A DNA stretch of 64,000 bases from assembly GCA_030390025.1 (NCBI GenBank), contig JASTWF010000418.1:124001-188000 (forward strand), read 5' to 3'. This DNA is from Squalus acanthias. Its lineage: Eukaryota. The translations under genes and the position numbers were made by a program. The notes under the pieces are model-generated. The model was not told the origin of the DNA and ran no database searches. It was given only the letters and a program-made list of their open reading frames with translations. Of the stretch, positions 49,116-63,245 are shown one piece after another (the first letter of the stretch is position 1; the number at the start of each line of letters is the position of its first letter).

Positions 49116-52100
49116 CTCAGACCCTCTGACCCTCAGTCTCACTGACTCTCAGACCCTCTGACCCTGAGTCCCACTGACCCTCAGTCCCACTGACCCTCAG
49201 TCCCACTGACACTCAGTCCCACTGACCCTCAGTCCCTCTGATCCTCAGACCCTCTGACCCTCAGTCTCTCTGACCCTCAGTCCCTCTGATCCTCAGTCCC
49301 ACTGACCCTCAGTCCCACTGACCCTCAGTCCCTCTGACCCTCAGTCCCTCCGATCATCAGTCCCTCAGACCCTCAGTCCCTCAGTCCCTCTGACCCTCAG
49401 TCCCTTGACCCTCACTCCCTTGACCCTCAGTCCCACTGACCCTCAGTTCCTCTGACCCTCAGTCCCACTGACCCTCAGTCCCTCTGACCCTCAGTCCCTC
49501 AGTCCCTCTGACCCTCAGTCCCTCAGTCCCACTGACCCTCAGCCCCACTGACCCTCTGACCTTCTGACCCTCAGTCCCTCTGACCCTCAGTCACAATGAC
49601 CCTCAGTCCCTCTGACCCTCACTCCATCTGACCCTCACTCCCTCTGACCCTCAGTCCCTCTGATTCTCAGTCCCTCTGACCCTCACTCCCTCTGACCCTC
49701 AGTCCCACTGACCCTCAGTCCCACTGACCCTCAGTCTCACTGACCCTCAGTCCCTCTGACCCTCAGTCCCTCTGATCCTCCCTCCCTCTGACCCTCAGTC
49801 CCACTGACCCTCAGTCGCACTGAACCTCAGACCCTCTGACCCTCAGTCCCTCCACACAGACCCTCTGACCCTCAGTCTCACTGACCCTCAGTCCCACTGA
49901 ACCTCAGACCCTCTGACCCTCAGTCCCTCTGACCCTCAGTCCCTCCGAACCTCAGTCCCTCTGACCCTCAGTCCCTCTGACCCTCTGTCCCTCCGACCCT
50001 CAGTCCCACTGACCCTCAGTCCCTCTGTCCCTCTGACCCTCAGTCCCTCAGTCCCTCTGACCCTCAGTCCCTTGACCCTCACTCCCTTGACCCACAGTAA
50101 CTCTGACCCTCAGTCTCTCTGACCCTCAGTCTCATTGACCCTCAATCCCTCTGACCCTCACTCCCTCTGACCCTCAGTCCCTCCGACTCTCAGTCCCATT
50201 GACCCTCAGTACCATTGACCCTCAGTCGCTCTGACCCCCAGTCCCTCTGACCCTCAGGCCCTCTGACCCTCAATCCCTCTGACCCTCAGTCCCTCTGATC
50301 ATCAGTCCCACTGACCCTCAGTCCCTCTGACCCTCAGTCCCTCTGACCCTCAGTCCCATTGACCCTCAGTCCCTCTGACCCTCACTCCCTCTGACCCCCA
50401 GTCCCTCTGACCCCCAGTCCCTCTGACCCTCAGGCCCTCTGACCCTCAATCCCTCTGACCCTCAGGCCCTCTGACCCTCAATCCCTCTGACCCTCAGTCC
50501 CACCGACCCTCAGTCCCACTGACACTCAGTCCCTCTGACCCTCAGTCCCTCTGACCCTCAGTCCCTCTGATCATCACTCCCTCTGACCCTCAGTCCCACT
50601 GACCCTCAGTCCCTCTGACCCTCAGTCCCTCTGACCCTCAGTCCCAATGACCCTCAGTCCCTCTGACCCTCAGTCCCTCTGACCCTCAGTCCCAATGACC
50701 CTCAGTCCCTCTGACCCTCAGTCCCACTGACCCTCAGTCCCTCTGACCCTCAGTCCCAATGACCCTCAGTCCCTCTGACCCTCAGTCCCTCTGACTCTCA
50801 GTCCCTCTAACCCTCAGTCCTTCTGACACTCATTCCCTCTGTCATCACTCCCTCTGACCCTCAGTCCCACTGACCCTCAGTCCCTCTGACCCTCAGTCCC
50901 TCTGAACCTCAGTCCCTCAGACCCTCAGTCCCTCTGACCCTCAGTCCCACTGACACTCAGTCCCTCCGACACCCAGTCCCTCTGACCCTCAGTCCCTCTG
51001 ACCCTCAGTCCCACTGACCCTCAGTCTCACTGACCCTCAGTCCTTCTGATCCTCAGTCCCACTGACCCTCACTCCCACTGACCCTCAGTCTCACTGACCC
51101 TCAGACCCTCTGATCCTCAGTCCCTCTGATCCTCAGTCCCTCTGATCCTCAGTCCCACTGACCCTCACTCCCTCTGACCCTCAGTCCCTCTGACCCTCAG
51201 TCCCTCTGACCCTCAGTCTCACTGACCCTCAGTCCCTCTGATCCTCTGTCCCTCCGACCCACAGTACCTCTGACCCTCACTCCCTCTGACCCTCAGTCCC
51301 TCTGACCCACAGTCTCACTGTTCCTCAGTCCCTCCGACCCTCAGTCCCATTGACCCTCAGTACCATTGACCCTCAGTCCCACTGACCCTCAGTCCCTCTG
51401 ACCCTCAGTCCCATTGACCCTCAGTACCATTGACCCTCAGTCCCTCTGACCCTCAGTCCCTCTGACCCTCAGTCCCACTGACCCTCAGTCCCTCTGACCC
51501 TCAGTCCCTCTGACCCTCAGTCCCATTGACCCTCAGTCCCTCTGACCCTCACTCCCTCTGACCCCCAGTCCCTCTGACCCTCAGTCCCTCTGACCCTCAC
51601 TCCCTCTGACCCCCAGTCACTCTGACCCTCAGTCCCTCTGACCCTCAGTCTCTCTGACCCTCACTCCCTCTGACCCTCAGTCCCACTGACCCTCAGTCCC
51701 ACCGACCCTCAGTCCCACCGACCCTCAGTCCCATTGACCCTCAGTACCATTGACCCTCAGTCTCTCAGACCCACAGTCCCACGCACCCTCCGTCCCTAAG
51801 TCCCTCTGACCCTCACTCCCTCTGACCCTCAGTCCCTCTTAAACTGAGTCCCACTGACCCTCAGTCCCACTGACCCTCAGTCCCTCTGGACCTCAGTCCC
51901 TCTGATCCTCAGTCCCACTGACCCTCAGTCCCACTGACCCTCAGTCCCTCTGGACCTCAGTCCCTCTGATCCTCAGTCCCTCTGACCCGCAGTCCCTCTG
52001 ACCCTCAGTCCCTCTGACCCTCAGTCCCACTGACCCTCATTCACACTGACCCTCATTCCCTCTGACCCTCAGTCCCTCTGACCCTCAGTCCCTCTGACCC

Positions 52101-54870
52101 ACAGTCCCTCTGACCCTCAGTCAGACTGACCCTCAGTCCCTCTGACTCTCAGTCCCTCAGACCCTCTGACCTTCAGTCCCACTGACGCTCAGTGCCACTG
52201 ACCCTCAGACCCTCTGACCCTCAGTCCCTCTGACACTCAGACCCTCTGACCCTCAGTCCCTCTGACCCTCAGTCCCTCTGACCCTCAGACCCACTGACCC
52301 TCAGTCCCTCTGACCCTCAGTCCCACTGAAACTCAGTCCCTCTGACCCTCAGTCCCACTGACACTCAGTCCCTCTGACCCTCAGTCCCTCTGACCCTCAG
52401 TCCCTCTGACCCTCAGTCCCGCTGACCCTCAGTCCCGCTGACACTCAGTCCCGCTGACCCTCAGTCCCTCTGACCCTCAGTCCCTCTGACACTCAGACCC
52501 TCTGACACTCAATCCCACTGACACTCAGTCCCACTGACCCTCAGTCCCTCTGACCCTCAGTCCCACTGACACTCAGTCCCTCTGACCCTCAGTCCCTCTG
52601 ACCCTCAGTCCCACTGACACTCAGTCCCACTGACCCTCAGTCCCTCTGACCCTCAGTCCCTCTGACCCTCAGTCCCTCTGACCCTCAGTCCCTCTGACCC
52701 TCAGTCCCACTGACACTCAGTCCCTCTGACCTCAGTCCCTCTGACTCTCAGTCCCTCTGACCCTCAGTCCCTCTGACCCTCAGTCCCTCTGACCCTCAGT
52801 CCCTCTGACCCTCAGTCTCTCTGACCCTCAGTCCCTCTGACCCTCAGTCCCTCTGACCCTCACTCCCTCTGACCCTCAGTCCCACTGACCCTCAATCTCT
52901 CTGACCCTCAGTCCCACTGACCCTCAGTCCCTCTGACCCTCAGTCCCACTGACACTCAGTCCCTCTGACCCTCTGTCCCTCAGACCCTCAGTCCCTCTGA
53001 CCCTCAGTCCCACTGACACTCAGTCCCTCTGACCCTCAGTCCCTCAGTCCCTCTGACCCTCAGTGCCACTGACCCTCAGTCCCTCTGACTCTCAGTCCCT
53101 CTGACCCTCAGTCCCACTGACCCTCTGACCCTCACTCCCTATGACACTCAGACCCCCTGACCCACAGACCCTCGGAACCTCAGACCCTCGGACCCTCAGT
53201 CCCACTGACCCTCTGACCCTCAGTCCCTCTGACCCTCAGTCCCACTGACCCACAGACCCTCGGAACCTCAGACCCTCGGACCCTCAGTCCCTCTGACCCT
53301 CAGTCCCACTGACCCACAGACCCTCTCACCCTCAGTCCCTCTGACCCTCAGTCCCACTGACCCACAGACCCTCGGAACCTCAGACCCTCGGACCCTCAGT
53401 CCCTCTGACCCTCAGTCCCACTGACCCACAGACCCTCGGAACCTCAGACCCTCTGACCCTCAGTCCCTCTGACCCTCAGTCCCTCCGACCCTCATTCCCT
53501 CTGACACTCAGTCCCTCTGACCCTCAGTCCCTCTGACCCTCAGTCCCACTGACCCTCAGTCCCTCTGACCCTCAGTCCCACTGACCCTCAGTCCCTCTGA
53601 CCCTCAGTCTCTCTCACCCTCAGTCCCTCTGACCCTCAGTCTCTCTGACCCTCAGTCCCTCTGACCCTCAGTCCCTCTGACACTCAATCCCACTGACACT
53701 CAGTCCCACTGACCCTCAGTCCCTCTGACCCTCAGTCCCACTGACACTCAGTCCCTCTGACCCTCAGTCCCACTGACACTCAGTCCCTCTGACCCTCAGT
53801 CCCTCAGACCCTCAGTCCCTCTGACCCTCAGTCCCACTGACACTCAGTCCCTCTGACCCTCCGTCCCTCAGACCCTCAGTCCCTCTGACCCTCAGTGCCA
53901 CTGACCCTCAGTCCCTCTGACCCTCAGTCCCTCTGACCCTCAGTCCCTCTGACCCTCAGTCTCTCTGACCCTCAGTCCCTCTGACCCTCAGTCCCTCTGA
54001 CCCTCACTCCCTCTGACCCTCAGTCCCACTGACCCTCAGTCCCTCTGACCCTCAGTCCCACTGACCCACAGACCCTCTCACCCTCAGTCCCTCTGACCCT
54101 CAGTCCCACTGACCCACAGACCCTCGGACCCTCAGACCCTCGGACCCTCAGTCCCTCTGACCCTCAGTCCCACTGACCCTCAGACCCACTGACTCTCAGT
54201 CCCTCCGACCCTCAGTCCCACTGACCCTCAGTCCCACTGACCCTCAGACCCACTGACCCTCAGTCCCTCTGACCCTCAGTCCCTCTGACCCTCAGTCCCT
54301 CTGACCCTCAGTCCCACTGACCCTCATTCCCTCTGACCCTCAGTCCCTCTGACCCTCAGTCCCACTGATCCTCAGTCCCACTGACCCTCAGTCCCACTGA
54401 CCCTCAGTCCCACTGTCCCTCAGTCCCTCTGACCCTCAGTCCCTCTGACCCTCATCCCACTGACCCTCATTCCCTCTGACCCTCAGTCCCTGTGACCCTC
54501 AGTCACTCTGACCCTCAGTCTCACTGACCCTCAGTCCCTCTGACCCTCAGTCCCTCTGACCCTCAGTCCCTCAGTCCCTCTGACCCTCAGTCCCTCTGAC
54601 CCTCAGTCCCTCAGTCTCTCTCACCCTCAGTCCCTCTGACCCTCAGTCCCTCTGACCCTCAGTCTCTCTGACCCTCAGTCCCTCTGACCCTCAGTCCCTC
54701 TGACCCTCAGTCCCACTGACCCTCAGTCCCTCTGACCCTCAGTCCCTCTGACTCTCAGTCCCTCTGACCCTCAGTCCCTCTGACCCTCAGTCCCTCTGAA
54801 CCTCAGTCCCTCTGATCCTCAGTCCCTCTGACCCTCAGTCCCTCTGACCCTCAGTCCCTCTGACCCTCAC
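49115..54870. repeat. 16-bp minisatellite, about 5.7 kb and uninterrupted, upstream of copy B
   Basis: Direct reading. Confidence 0.95.
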
Positions 54871-55491
54871 AGTGCAGTGCTCCCTCAGTACTGCCCCTCC
54901 AACTGTGCAGCACTTCCTCAGTACTGCCCCTCCGACAGTGCGGCGCTCCTTCAGTACTGCCCCTCCAACAGTGCAGCACTCCCTCAGTACAGACCCTCCG
55001 ACAGTGCCGCGCTCCCTCAGTACTGACCCTCTGAAAATGCAGCGCTCCCTCAGTACTGCCCCTCCGATAGTGCTGTGCTCCCTCAGTACTGCCCCTCCGA
55101 CAGTGCGGTGCTCCCTCAGTACTGCCCCTCCGACTGTGCGGTGCTCCCTCAGTACTGCCCCTCCGACAGTGCGGTGCTCCCTCAGTACTGCCCCTCCGAC
55201 TGTGCGGTGCTCCCTCAGTACTGCCCCTCCGGCAGTGCGGCGCTCCCTCAGTACTGCCACTGAGACAGTTCGGCGCTCCCTCAGTACTGACCCTCATTCC
55301 CTCTGACCTTCTCCTCCCCTCAGTCCCGCCAACCGTTTCCACAGCCCTCTGGGGCAGAGAATTCCAAAGATTCACAGCCCTCTGAGTGAAGAAATTCCTC
55401 CTCATCTCAGTCTAAAATGGCCGACCCCTTATCCTGAGACTATGCCCCCTAGTTCTAGACTCTCCAGCCAGGGGAAACAACCTCTCAGCAT

Positions 55492-57856
55492 CTTGGACTG
55501 GGTACTGTGCAATGAGAAGGGACTAATTAGTAATCTTGTTGTACGGGGACCCTTGGGTCAGAGCGATCATAACATGATCGATTTCTCACTCGAAATGGAG
55601 AGCGAAGAAATTGACTCAGAGACTAAGGTCCTGAATTTAAACAAGGGGAATTATGATGCCATTAGACGGGAACTGAGTAGGTCTGATTGGACAACGTTCC
55701 TGGGAGGACTGGAGGTAGATAAACAATGGCAAGCATTTAAAGATAGAATGACAACATTGCAAAAATTGTTTATACCAATCTGGCATAAAAGGAAATCTAA
55801 AAAGGTGACTCAACCGTGGATAACAGGGGAAATTAGAGACAGCATAAAATCCAAAGATAGGGCGTATAAAATAGCCAAAAAAAGCGCCAGAGCGGAAGAT
55901 TGGGAACAGTTTAAGATAGAGCAAAGGAGGACAAAGGGCTTAATCAAGAGGGGCAAAATAGCTTACGAAAGCAAGCTGGCGGAAAATATAAAAACTAACT
56001 CCAAAAGCTTTTATAAGTATATCAAGAGGAAAAGACTGGTGAAAACCAAAGTTGGTCCATTGCAGTCAGATACGGGGGAATATATAACGGGAAATAAGGA
56101 AATGGCAGACCAACTAAATGCATACTTTGGGTCAGTCTTTACGAAGGAAGACACAAAAAACCTCCCTGGGATATCGGGAAAAATAGGGACATTGGCAAAG
56201 GAGGAACTGACGCAAATCAATATCTCTAAGGATATGGTGTTAAGGAAGCTAAAGGGATTGAAGGCGGACAAATCCCCAGGGCCTGATAACATGCATCCTA
56301 GGGTACTGAAGGAGGTGGCCCTAGAGATAGCGGATGCACTAAGTATGATTTTTCAGAATTCATTAGACTCGGGAACAGTGCCCATGGATTGGAGGGTAGC
56401 TAACGTTACCCCACTATTCAAAAAGGGGGGTAAGGAAAAAGCAGGTAATTACAGACCTGTAAGCCTTACATCAGTTGTGGGCAAAATGCTGGAGTCCATC
56501 ATTAAGGATGAAATAGCGGAGCACTTAGCAAATGGGGACAGGATAGGACAGAGTCAACATGGATTTACAAAGGGTAAATCGTGCTTGACTAATCTATTGG
56601 AATTTTTTGAGGGAGTAACTAATAAAATAGATGGGGGAGAGCCAGTAGATGTGGTGTACCTGGACTTCCAAAAGGCCTTCGACAAGGTCCCACATAAAAG
56701 ATTAGCATGGAAAATTGAAGCTCATGGGATAAAGGGGAAAGTATTGACGTGGATAGAGAACTGGCTGTCAGATAGAAAACAGAGAGTTGGAATAAACGGC
56801 TCATTTTCTGAATGGCAGGCAGTAACAAGTGGGGTACCACAGGGATCTGTCCTGGGTCCCCAGCTGTTCACAATTTACATTAATGACCTGGATCAGGGAG
56901 TCGGATGCAGCATTTCCAAATTTGCAGACGACACTAAACTAGGAGGGGGGGTGGGCTCAGAGGAGGAGACCAGGAAGCTCCAGAGCGATTTGGACAGACT
57001 GGGTGATTGGGCGGATAAATGGCAGATGCACTATAATGTGGACAAGTGCGAAGTTATCCACCTTGGGTGCAGGAACGGGAGGGCAAATTATTATTTAAAT
57101 GGCAATAAATTGGGAGAGGGGGAAGTACAGAGAGACCTGGGTGTTCTTGTACACCAGTCACTGAAGGCGAGCATGCAGGTGCAACAGGCGGTCAAGAAGG
57201 CAAACGGTATGCTGGCCTTCATAGCAAAAGGGTTGGAATACAGGAACAGGGATACCTTGCTGCAGCTGTACAGGGCACTGGTGAGACCACACCTCGAGTA
57301 CTGTGTACAGTTTTGGTCGCCTCATCTGAGGAAAGATGTTCTTGCCATGGAGGGGGTGCAGCGGCGATTCACCAGGCTGATACCAGGAATGGCGGGATTG
57401 ACCTATGAGGAGAGACTATGTAGTTTAGGGATGTACACACTGGAGTTTAGAAGATTGAGAGGGGACCTCATAGAAGTGTATAAAATTCTGACAGGTCTAG
57501 ACAGACTAGATGCAGAAGGAATGTTTCCCTTGGCGGGTGAGAACAGAACTAGAGGACATAATTTAAGGATAAGGGCTAAACCATTTAGGACAGAAATGAG
57601 GGGGAATTTCTTCACTCAGAGGGTGGTGAACCTGTGGAACTCATTGCCACAGAGGGCAGTGTACGCCAGCTCATTAAATATATTTAAGAGGGAATTAGAT
57701 ATATTTCTACAGGCAAAAGGGGTTAAGGGTTACGGAGAGAAGGCGGGGACGGGATACTGAATTGGAGGATCAGCCATGATCTCATTAAATGGCGGAGCAG
57801 GCTCGAAGGGCCGGATGGCCTACTCCTGCTCCTATCTTCTATGTATCTATCTATGT
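55492..57856 (+). mobile_element. Young 5'-truncated CR1 LINE, present only in copy B
   Basis: Open ORF2 to 57760. It interrupts cagcatc|taccctgtcaatcc, which is contiguous at 14034-14054 in copy A. Confidence 0.95.
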
Positions 57857-60800
57857 ACCCTGTCAATCCCCTTCAGAATCTTGTATGTTTCAATGAGATC
57901 CCCTCTCATTCTTCTAAACTCCAGAGAGTATTGGCCCATTCTACACAATCTCTCATCACAGGACACCCCTCTCATCCCAGGAATCAATCTAGTGAACCTT
58001 CGTTGCACCGCCTCCAAGGCAAGTATATCCTTCCACAGATAAGGAGACCAAAACTGTGCCCAGTACTCCAGGTGTGGTCTCACCAAGGCCCTGTACAATT
58101 GTAGCAAGACTTCCTTACTCTTATACTCCAACCCCCTTGCAATAAAGGCCAACATTCCATTTGCCTTCCTAATTGCTTGCTGTACCTGTATGCTAGCTTT
58201 CTGTGTTTCCTGTATGAGTGAATACACCTGAATCTCTCTGAACACCAACATTTAATAGTTTCTCACCATTTAAAAATATTCTGTTTTTCTATTCTTGCGA
58301 CCAAATTGAATAACCTCACCTGTCCCCTCTGGTTCTTTTGTCAAATACCTTAAACCTGTGCTCTCTGGTGTCCGACCCTCCTGCCACTGGAAACAGTTTC
58401 TCCTTATTTCCTCCATCAAAACCCTTGTTGATTTTGAACACCTCTATCAAATCTCCCCTTAACCTTCTCTGCTCTGAGGAGAACAACCCCAGCTTCTCCA
58501 GTCTCTCCACATATCTGAAATCATTCTTCCCTGGGACGCTCCCAGTAAATTTCCACTGCACCCTCTCTGGAATTTTTTGAGGCTGTAACTGGTAGAATAG
58601 ATAAGGGAGAACCAGTAGATGTGGTGTATTTGGACTTTCAGAAGGCTTTCGATAAGGTCCCGCATAAGAGATTAGCGTGTAAAGCTAAGGCACATGGGAT
58701 TGGGGGTAAGGTACTGACTTGGATAGAGAACTGGTTGGCAGACAGAAGCAAAGAGTTGGAATAAACGGGTCTTTTTCCGAGTGACAGGCAGTGACTAGTG
58801 GGGTACCGCAGGGATCGGTGCTAGGACCCCAGCTATTCACAATATATATTAATGATCTAGACGAGGGGACTAGATGTAATATCTCTAAGTTTGCAGACGA
58901 CACAATGGGTGAAACTAGAACTAGGGGGCATAGTCTTAGAATAAGGGGCTGCTCTTTCAAAACTGAGATGAGAAGGAACTACTTCACTCAGAGGGTGGTA
59001 GGTCCATGGAATATGCTGCCCCAAAAAGCTGTAGAAGCTACATCATTACATAAATTTAAAACAGAAACAGACAGTTTCCTAGAAGTAAAGGGAATTAAGG
59101 GTTACGGGGAGCGGGCAGGAATTTGGACATGAGTCTAGGTTCGGATCGGTCATGGCCCTGTGGGTAGCGTAGCGGGCCCAGGGGCCGTGTAGCCTGATCC
59201 TGCTCCTATTTCGTGTGTCCAATTCTGTTAGGTTCAGGAGATGGTTCTGTGATAGTAGATTGGCGGTTAGGATCAGATCAGCCATGATCTTATTGAATGG
59301 CGGAGCAGGCTCGAGGGGCCAATTTGCCTACTCCTGCTCCTATTTCTTATGTTCTTATGTTCTTATTAAAGCTGGGTGGGCATGTGTGCTGTGAGGAGGA
59401 TGCAGAGAAACTCCAGTATGATTTGGACAGGTTGGGTAATTGGACAGGTGCATGGCAGATGCAGTATAATGTGGATAAATGTGAGGTTATCCACTTTGGT
59501 GGCAAAAACAGGAAGACAGATTATTAGCTGAATGGCAATAGATTGGGAGAAGGGGAAGTGCAACGAGATCTGGGAATCCTTGTGCACCAGTCACTGAAGG
59601 TAAGCATGCAGGTGCATGGCATGTTGGCCTTCATAGTGAAAGGATTCGAGTACAGGAGCAAGGATGACCTGCTGCAGTTGTACAAGGCCTTGGTGAGACA
59701 ACACAGAATCACAGAATCCCCACAGTGCACATAGAGGCCATTTCGGCCCATCGAGCCTGCACCGACACATATCCCACCCTATCCCCGTAACCCCACCTAA
59801 CACTAAGGGTCAATTTATCATAGCCAAATCAACCTAACCCCGCACATCTTTGGACTGTGTAAGGAAACCGGAGCACCCGGAGGAAACCCACGCAGACACG
59901 GGGAGAATGTGCAAACTCCACACAGACAGTCACCCGAGGCCGGATTCGAACCCAGGTCCCTGGCGCTGTGAGGTAACAGTGCTAACCACTATGCCACCGT
60001 GTTACACCTTGAGTATTGTGTGCAGTTTTGGTCACCTTATCTGAGGAAGCATGTTCTTGCCATGGAGGGAGTGCAGCGAAGATTTTCCAGACTGATACCT
60101 GGGATGGCAGGAATGACGTATGAAGAGAGATTGGGTCGATTGGGCTTGTATTCGCTAGAGTTTCGAAGAATGAGAGGGGATCTCATTGAAACTTATAAAA
60201 TTCTAACAGGACTAGACAGACCAGATGCAGGAAGGATGTTCCCTATGGCGGGGGAGTCCAGAACCAGAGGTCACAGTCTAAGGATAAGGGGTAAGCCATT
60301 TAGAACTGAGATGAGGAGGAATTTCTTCACCCAGCGAGTGGTGAACCTGTGGAATTCTCTACCACAGAAGGCAGTAGAGGCCAATTCATTAAATATATTC
60401 AAGAAGGAGTTAGATATATTTCTTAAGGCTAAAGGGATCAAGGGATATGGGGAGAAGGCAGGGACAGGGTACTGAGTTTGGATGATCAGCCATGATCTCA
60501 TCGAATGGCGGAGCAGGCTCGAGGGGCCGAATGGCCTACTCCTGCTCCTATCTTCTATGTTTCTATGTTTCTGCCCAGAATTGGACTCAGTGCTCCAGTT
60601 GGGGCCTAACCAGTGATTTGTAAAGGTTCAGCATAACTTCCTTGGTTTTGTACTCTCCGCATCTATTAATAGACCCAAGGATCCTGTATACATTTTTAAC
60701 AACCTTCTCAAATAGTCCTCCCATCTTCAAAGACTTGTGTACGTACACGCCCAAGGTCTCTCTCTTCCTGCACACTCTTTGAAATTGTATCATTTAGTTT

Positions 60801-62033
60801 ATATTGCCTCTCAATTCTTCCGACCAAAATGTATCACTTCGCACTTCTCTGTGTTAAACTTCATCTGCCATGTGTCTGCCCATTCCACCAGCCTGTCTCT
60901 GGCCCCCTGAAGTCTGCTACTATCCTCCTCACTGTTGACGACATTTCCGAGTTTTGTGTCATCTACAAACTTGGAAATGATGCCCTGTAGACCCAAGTCT
61001 AGGTCAGTAATATATATCAAAAAGAGCAGTGGTCCTAATACTGACCCCATGGGGGAACACCACTGTATACTTCCCTCCAGTCTCAAAAAACAACCGTTCA
61101 CCACAACTCTCTGCTTTCTGTCTCTTAGCCAATGTTGTTATCCACGTAGACACTGTCCCTTTAATCAGAGAGTTAGAACATAAGATAAGAACGTAAGAAA
61201 TAAGAGCTGGAGTCGGCCATTTGGCCCCTCGAGCCTGCTCCGCCATTCAATGAGATCATGGCTGATCTTCTAGCTCAACTCCACCTTCCCGAACTAGCCC
61301 CATATCAATATTCAAAAATCTATCGATCTCTGTCTTGAATATACTCAACGACTGAGCCTCCACAGCCCTCTGGGGTAGAGAATTCCAAAGATTCACCACC
61401 CTCTGAGTGAAGAAATTTCTCCTCATCTCAGTCCTCAATGGCCGACCCCTTATTCTGAGACTGTGACCCCTGGTTCTAGACTCCCCAGCCAGGGGAAACA
61501 TCCTCCCTGCATCTACCCTGTCAAGCCCTGTAAGAATGTTATATGTTTCAATGAGATCACCTCTCATTCTTCTAAACTCCAGAGAATATAAACCCAGTCT
61601 ACTCAATCTGTCCTCATAGGACATTCCCCCCATCCCAGGAACCAGTCTGGTGAACCTTCGTTCACTCCATCTAAGGCAAGTATATCCTTCCTTAGGTAAG
61701 GAGACCAAAACTGTACACAGTACTCCAGGTGTGGTCTCACCAATGCCCTGTATAATTGTAGAAAGACTTCTTTACTCTTGTACTCTAATCCTTTTGTCAC
61801 AAAAGCTAACATACCATTTGCTTTCCCAATTGCTTGCTGTACCTGCATGTTAACTTTCTGTGATTCATGTACAAGGACACCCAGGTCCCTCTGAGTGCAA
61901 ACATTTCCCAGTCCCTCACCATTCAAAAAATATTCTGCTTTGTTGTTTTCCCTACCAACGTGGATAACTTCCCACTTCCCCACATTGTATTCCATTTGCC
62001 ATGTTCTTGCCCACTCAGTCAACCTGTCTAATA
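57857..62033. mobile_element. Copy B cluster of nested CR1 fragments (homologous to about 14041-17075, plus an extra minus-strand CR1 at about 61176-62033)
   Basis: Partial RT ORFs in both orientations, collinear with copy A. Confidence 0.85.
59703..60003 (-). mobile_element. tRNA-derived V-SINE (HE1-like) inserted into a CR1; absent from copy A
   Basis: Minus strand shows A box TGGCATAGTGG, B box GGTTCGAATCC, V-SINE core GTGTGGAGTTTGCACATTCTCCCCGTGTCTGCGTGGGTTTCCTCCGGGTGCTCCGGTTTCC and a CR1-type tail (GATTCTGT)2. Possible ACAC target duplication. Confidence 0.88.
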
Positions 62034-62995
62034 GACCCAGAAATTCCGATCGCAGGCCTCCCGCGGGCGGAGGGCTGCCATCTGGAAAAATCTCTCGCCT
62101 GGACCGGAGGGCTCCCGGGAGGCGCAGAGTTCGGCTGCTGGGCCTCTCCAAACTGTCGGTGCGCGGGGCCCACGTATCCCAGAGGCACAGGCGGTTCACA
62201 GCGTCCCTGGGATCACGTGGGCCATGGGGAGCCAATCAGAGAAGGGAATCTCCCTTCATACATTTGACAGGAAGACCTGTCAAATATATGAATAGAGATC
62301 ACCCCCAAAACATAGTAATGTTGAGGCTGCCGCGAAACACGAAGTAAGGCTGAATCCATGTGTGTTAAACAAGAGACTTTTTAATCACTGCATGGCACAA
62401 AATGGCTGCACAGAAAAGCTCCCAGAATTCTCTGGGCAAACCCTGAGGCCCCGCCCACTCCTGCCTTAAAGGTAAGGTGCCTTAAAGGGAAGGTGCTGGA
62501 TATTTGTCCACGGACGGAAGAGTGGACAATGCCCGTTTAGGTGGCGATCCGCCACAGTAAAACTTCAATAAATTTTTAAAAAATCACATTTTTAAAATGA
62601 ATTTAAATTACAATAAATTAAGTATTTTAAACAAAAATTTTATTTTGTGAAAAAAATTATTGAAGTTTTTAACGGGGCTAAAAATAAACTTACCTTTCTT
62701 TAAAGTATTTTTAAATGATAAATCAGTGGAAATTTTTTTTTTTTACTTTTTTCAACTCTTAGGCGCAAGAATTGTAAGTGTTTTCTGCGGGCGGAAGGTC
62801 TCCAAAAAACGGAACTCTCCCCCCGCAGAGGCCCTGCTCCCGGGCAGGCGGAGGATCTGTCAAGAGCTTTCTAGATAGATGGGAAATGCCGGTTTCCAGC
62901 GCATGCGCAGTGCATGACTAAAACCGGCATTTCCGTTAGCCCTACGGGTGAGTACACAGCGCGTACACACCCGTAGGGAACGGAATTTCTGCCCC
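62034..62995. mobile_element. MITE with related TIRs inside a CR1 fragment (only its right part survives in copy A, about 17075-17332)
   Basis: GACCCAGAAATTCC ... GGAATTTCTGCCCC, flanked by AATA on both sides. Confidence 0.6.
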
Positions 62996-63245
62996 AATAT
63001 CTCTCTGCAGCCTCTTTGTGTCCTCCTCACAGCTTACTTTCCATCCTAACTTTGTATCATCAGCTAACGTGGATACGTTACATTCAGTCCCTTCATCTAA
63101 GTCACTAATATAGATTGTAAATAGCTGAGGCCCCAGCACTGATCCTTGCGGCACCTCACTCGTTACAGCCTGCCAACCTGAAAAAGTCCCGTTTGTTCCT
63201 ACTCTCTGTTTTCTGTCCGTTAACCAATCCTCTATCCATGGTAAT

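Noticed and set aside
49115-54870. Class-switch (S) region
   Set aside because: It lies upstream of the promoter rather than between J and C, and it is not rich in AGCT motifs.
59940-60003. tRNA gene (A and B boxes)
   Set aside because: It is the head of the V-SINE, followed by the SINE core and a CR1-type tail.
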